Shown piece by piece: positions 60,901 through 64,000 of a DNA stretch of 64,000 bases. The translations under genes and the position numbers were made by a program. Position 1 is the stretch's first letter, and each line of letters begins with the position of its first letter. The DNA is from Eledone cirrhosa (taxonomy: Eukaryota). A model generated the notes under the pieces. The model was not told the DNA's origin. It saw only the letters and a program-made list of their open reading frames with translations, and did not search any database. The DNA lies in contig OZ024750.1 in the NCBI GenBank assembly GCA_964016885.1, forward strand, positions 38,192,001 to 38,256,000. The letters run 5' to 3'.

Positions 60901-63900
60901 CCATGAAGCTATGACTAACCTGTACACTGTATGTGATGTACCATGAAGCTATAGGTAACCTGTACACTGTATGTGATGTACCATGAAGCTATGACTAACC
61001 TGTACACTGTATGTCATTTACCATGAAGCTATGACTAACCTGTACACTGTATGTGATGTACCATGAAGCTATGACTAACCTTTACACTGTATGTGATGTA
61101 CCATGAATTATATGACTAACCTGTACACTGTATGTGATGTACCATGAAGCTATGACTAACCTATACACTGTATGTGATGTACCGTGAAGCTATGACTAAC
61201 CTTTACACTGTATGTTATGTACCATGAAGCTATGGCTAACCTGTACACTGTATGTGATGTACCATGAAGCTATGGCTAACCTGTACACTGTATGTGATGT
61301 ACCATGAAGTTATAGCTAATCTGTACACTGTATGTGATGTAACATGAAGCTATAGCTAACCTGTACACTGTATGTGATGTACCATGAAGCTATGACTAAC
61401 CTGTACACTGTATGTGATGTACCATTAAGCTATAGCTAACCTATACACTGTATGTGATGTACCATGAAGCTATGACTAACCTGTACACTGTATGTGATGT
61501 ACCATGAAGCTATGACTAATCTATACACTGTATGTGATGTACCATGAAGCTATGACTAACCTGTACACTGTATGTGATGTACCATGAAGCTATGACTAAC
61601 ATGTAACCTGTATGTGATGTACCATGAAGCTATGACTAACCTGTACACTGTATGTGATGTACCATGAAGCTATGCTAACCTGTACACTGTATGTGATGTC
61701 CCATGAAGCTATGGCTAACCTGTACAATGTATGTGATGTACCATGAAGCTATGACTAACCTATACACTGTATGTGATGTACCATGAAGCTATGACTAACC
61801 TGTACACTGTATGTGATGTACCATGAAGCTATGGCTAACCTGTACACTGTATGTGATGTACCATGAAGCTATGACTTACCTGTACACTGTATGTGATGTA
61901 CCATGAAGCTATGGCTAACCTGTACACTGTATGTGATGTACCATGAAGCTATGGCTAAAATGTACACTGTATGTGATGTACCATGAAGCTATGGCTAACC
62001 TGTACACCGTATGTGATGTACCATGAAGCTATGGCTAACCTGTACACTGTATGTGATGTACCATGAAGCTATGACTAACCTGTACACTGTATGTCATGTA
62101 CCATGAAGCTATAGCTAACCTGTACACTGTATGTGATGTACCATGAAGCTATGGCTAACCTGTACACTGTATGTGATGTACAATGAAGCTATGACTAACC
62201 TGTACACTGTATATGATGTACCATGAAGCTATGACTAACCTTTACACTGTATGTGATGTACCATGAAGCTATGGCTAACATGTACACTGTATGTGATGTA
62301 CCATGAAGCTATGACTAACTTGTACACTGTATGTGATGTACCATGAAGCTATGGCTAACCTGTACACTGTATGTGATGTACCATGAAGCTATGACTAACC
62401 TGTACACTGTATATGATGTACCATGAAGCTATGACTAACATGTACACTGTATGCGATGTACCATGAAGCTATGACTAACCTGTACACTGTATGTGATGTA
62501 CCATGAAGCTATGACTAACCTGTACACTGTATGTGATGTACCATGAAGCTATGACTAACCTGTACACTGTATGTGATGTACCATGAAGCTATGACTAAAA
62601 TATACACTGTATGTGATGTACCATGTAGCTATGACTAACCTTTACACTGTATGTGATGTACCATGAAGCTATGGCTAACCTGTACACTGTATGTGATGTA
62701 CCATGAAGTTATGACTAACATGTACACTGTATGTGATGTACCATGAAGCTATGACTAACCTGTACACTCTATGTGATGTACCATGAAGCTATGACTAACA
62801 TGTACACTGTATGTGATGTACCATGAAGCTATGACTAACCTGTACACTGTATGTGATGTACCATGAATGTATGGCTAACCTGTACACTGTATGTGATGTA
62901 CCATGAAGCTATGACTAACCTATACACTGTATGTGATGTACCATGAAGCTATGACTAACCTGTACACCGTATGTGATGTACCATGAAGCTATAACTAACC
63001 TATACACTGTATGTGATGTACCATGAAGCTATGACTAACCTGTACACTGTATGTGATGTACCATGAAGCTATGACTAACCTGTACACTGTATGTGATGTA
63101 CCATGAAGCTATGACTAACCTGTACACTGTATGTGATGTAGCATGAAGCTATAGCTAAACTGTACACTGTATGTGATGTACCATGAAGCTATGACTAACC
63201 TGTACACTGTATGCGATGTACCATGAAGCTATAGCTAACCTATACACTCTATGTGATGTACCATGAAGCTATGACTAACCTGTACACTGTATGTGATGTA
63301 TCATGAAGCTATGGCTAACCTGTACACTGTATATGATGTAACATGAAGCTATAGCTAAGCTGTACACTGTATGTGATGTACCATGAAGCTATGACTAACC
63401 TGTACGCTGTATGTGATGTACCATGAAGCTATGACTAACCTGTACACTGTATGTGATTTACCATGAAGCTATGACTAACATGTACACTGTATGCGATGTA
63501 CCATGAAGCTATGACTAACCTGTACACTGTATGTGATGTACCATGAAGCTATGACTAACCTGTACACTGTATGTGATGTACCATGAAGATATGGCTAACC
63601 TGTACACTGTATGTGATGTACCATGAAGCTATGACTAACCTGTACACTGTATCTGATGTACCATGAAGCTATGGCTAACCTGTACACTGTATGTGATGTA
63701 CCATGAAGCTATGACTAACCTATACACTGTATGTGATGTACCATGAAGCTATGACTAAACTTTACACTGTATGTGATGTACCATGAAGCTATGGCTAACC
63801 TGTACACTGTATGTGATGTACCATGAAGCTATGGCTAACCTGTACACTGTATGTGATGTACCATGAAGTTATAGCTAATCTGTACACTGTATGTGATGTA

Positions 63901-64000
63901 GCATGAAGCTTTAGCTAACCTGTACACTGTATGTGATGTACCATGAAGCTATGACTAACCTGTACACTGTATGTGATGTACCATGAAGCTATAGCTAACC

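Larger units (their letters stand above)
1..64000. repeat. Tandem satellite DNA array, 40-bp monomer TACCATGAAGCTATGACTAACCTGTACACTGTATGTGATG, about 1,600 head-to-tail copies, truncated by both window edges
   Basis: Seen directly: the monomer recurs every 40 bp from base 1 to 64000 in the same orientation, mostly with 0-3 differences from consensus. The monomer start phase drifts from 1 (mod 40) at the left end to 19 at 63979, a net loss of about 22 bp from indel monomers. Each consensus monomer carries AGCT (AluI), TGTACA (BsrGI) and CATG, plus a second GTAC at the monomer junction. Confidence 0.99.

Noticed and set aside
1-64000. CRISPR array (40-bp repeat is within CRISPR repeat size)
   Set aside because: Repeats are directly adjacent with no unique spacers, leader or cas genes; variation is limited to a few substitutions.
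1-64000. Plus-strand repeat-protein CDS or micro-ORFs (ATG AAG CTA TGA/TAG/TGG; the GG allele reads MKLWLTCTLYVMYHEAMTNLYTVCDVP)
   Set aside because: 40 is not a multiple of 3 and every frame meets TGA or TAA within three monomers (about 27 codons for consensus-type units). There is no codon-position pattern in the variants and no expression signal. The stop/Trp toggle is most simply coincidence.
1-64000. Minus-strand giant ORF under a TAG-recoded genetic code (the consensus reverse complement has only TAG stops)
   Set aside because: Non-triplet indels are freely tolerated, variants add TAA and TGA on that strand, and nothing indicates an alternative code. Few stop types in a 40-mer is expected by chance.
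1-64000. Telomeric repeat or G-quadruplex-forming array
   Set aside because: No G-runs and no strong G/C strand skew. A long complex telomere-associated repeat cannot be excluded without chromosomal context, but nothing here supports it.
1-64000. Pure sequencing or assembly artefact (rolling-circle concatemer or falsely expanded repeat)
   Set aside because: Variants recur in ordered, hierarchically related haplotypes, and duplicate blocks carry private differences (e.g. gcaccg at 22461 versus acaccg at 20581), unlike random error. Individual near-identical duplications still need read confirmation.
1-64000. Variant order as an information-bearing code or diversity cassette system
   Set aside because: The order is adequately explained by mutation plus block duplication; no recombinase, reverse transcriptase or expression locus is present in the window.

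Overview
The whole 64-kb window is one uninterrupted, single-orientation tandem satellite array of a 40-bp monomer (consensus TACCATGAAGCTATG[A/G]CTAACCTGTACACTGTATGTGATG, 40% GC, no CpG). It holds about 1,600 copies and runs off both window edges. I see no unique sequence, protein-coding gene, RNA gene, transposon or CRISPR spacer, and I cannot support a claim of a new gene system here. The informative structure lies in the variant monomers. Rare substitutions and a few indel classes (39-, 41- and 43-bp monomers) recur in conserved order. They reveal nested, irregular block duplications of about 0.2-9 kb rather than one fixed higher-order repeat, an older-looking layer at the right end, and an internal TA-MMM-TG heptamer sub-structure in the monomer. 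A eukaryotic heterochromatic (centromeric, pericentromeric or subtelomeric) origin is an inference. I do not recognise the family or the organism. Block boundaries were read by eye and are approximate; offsets between marker variants were counted directly.
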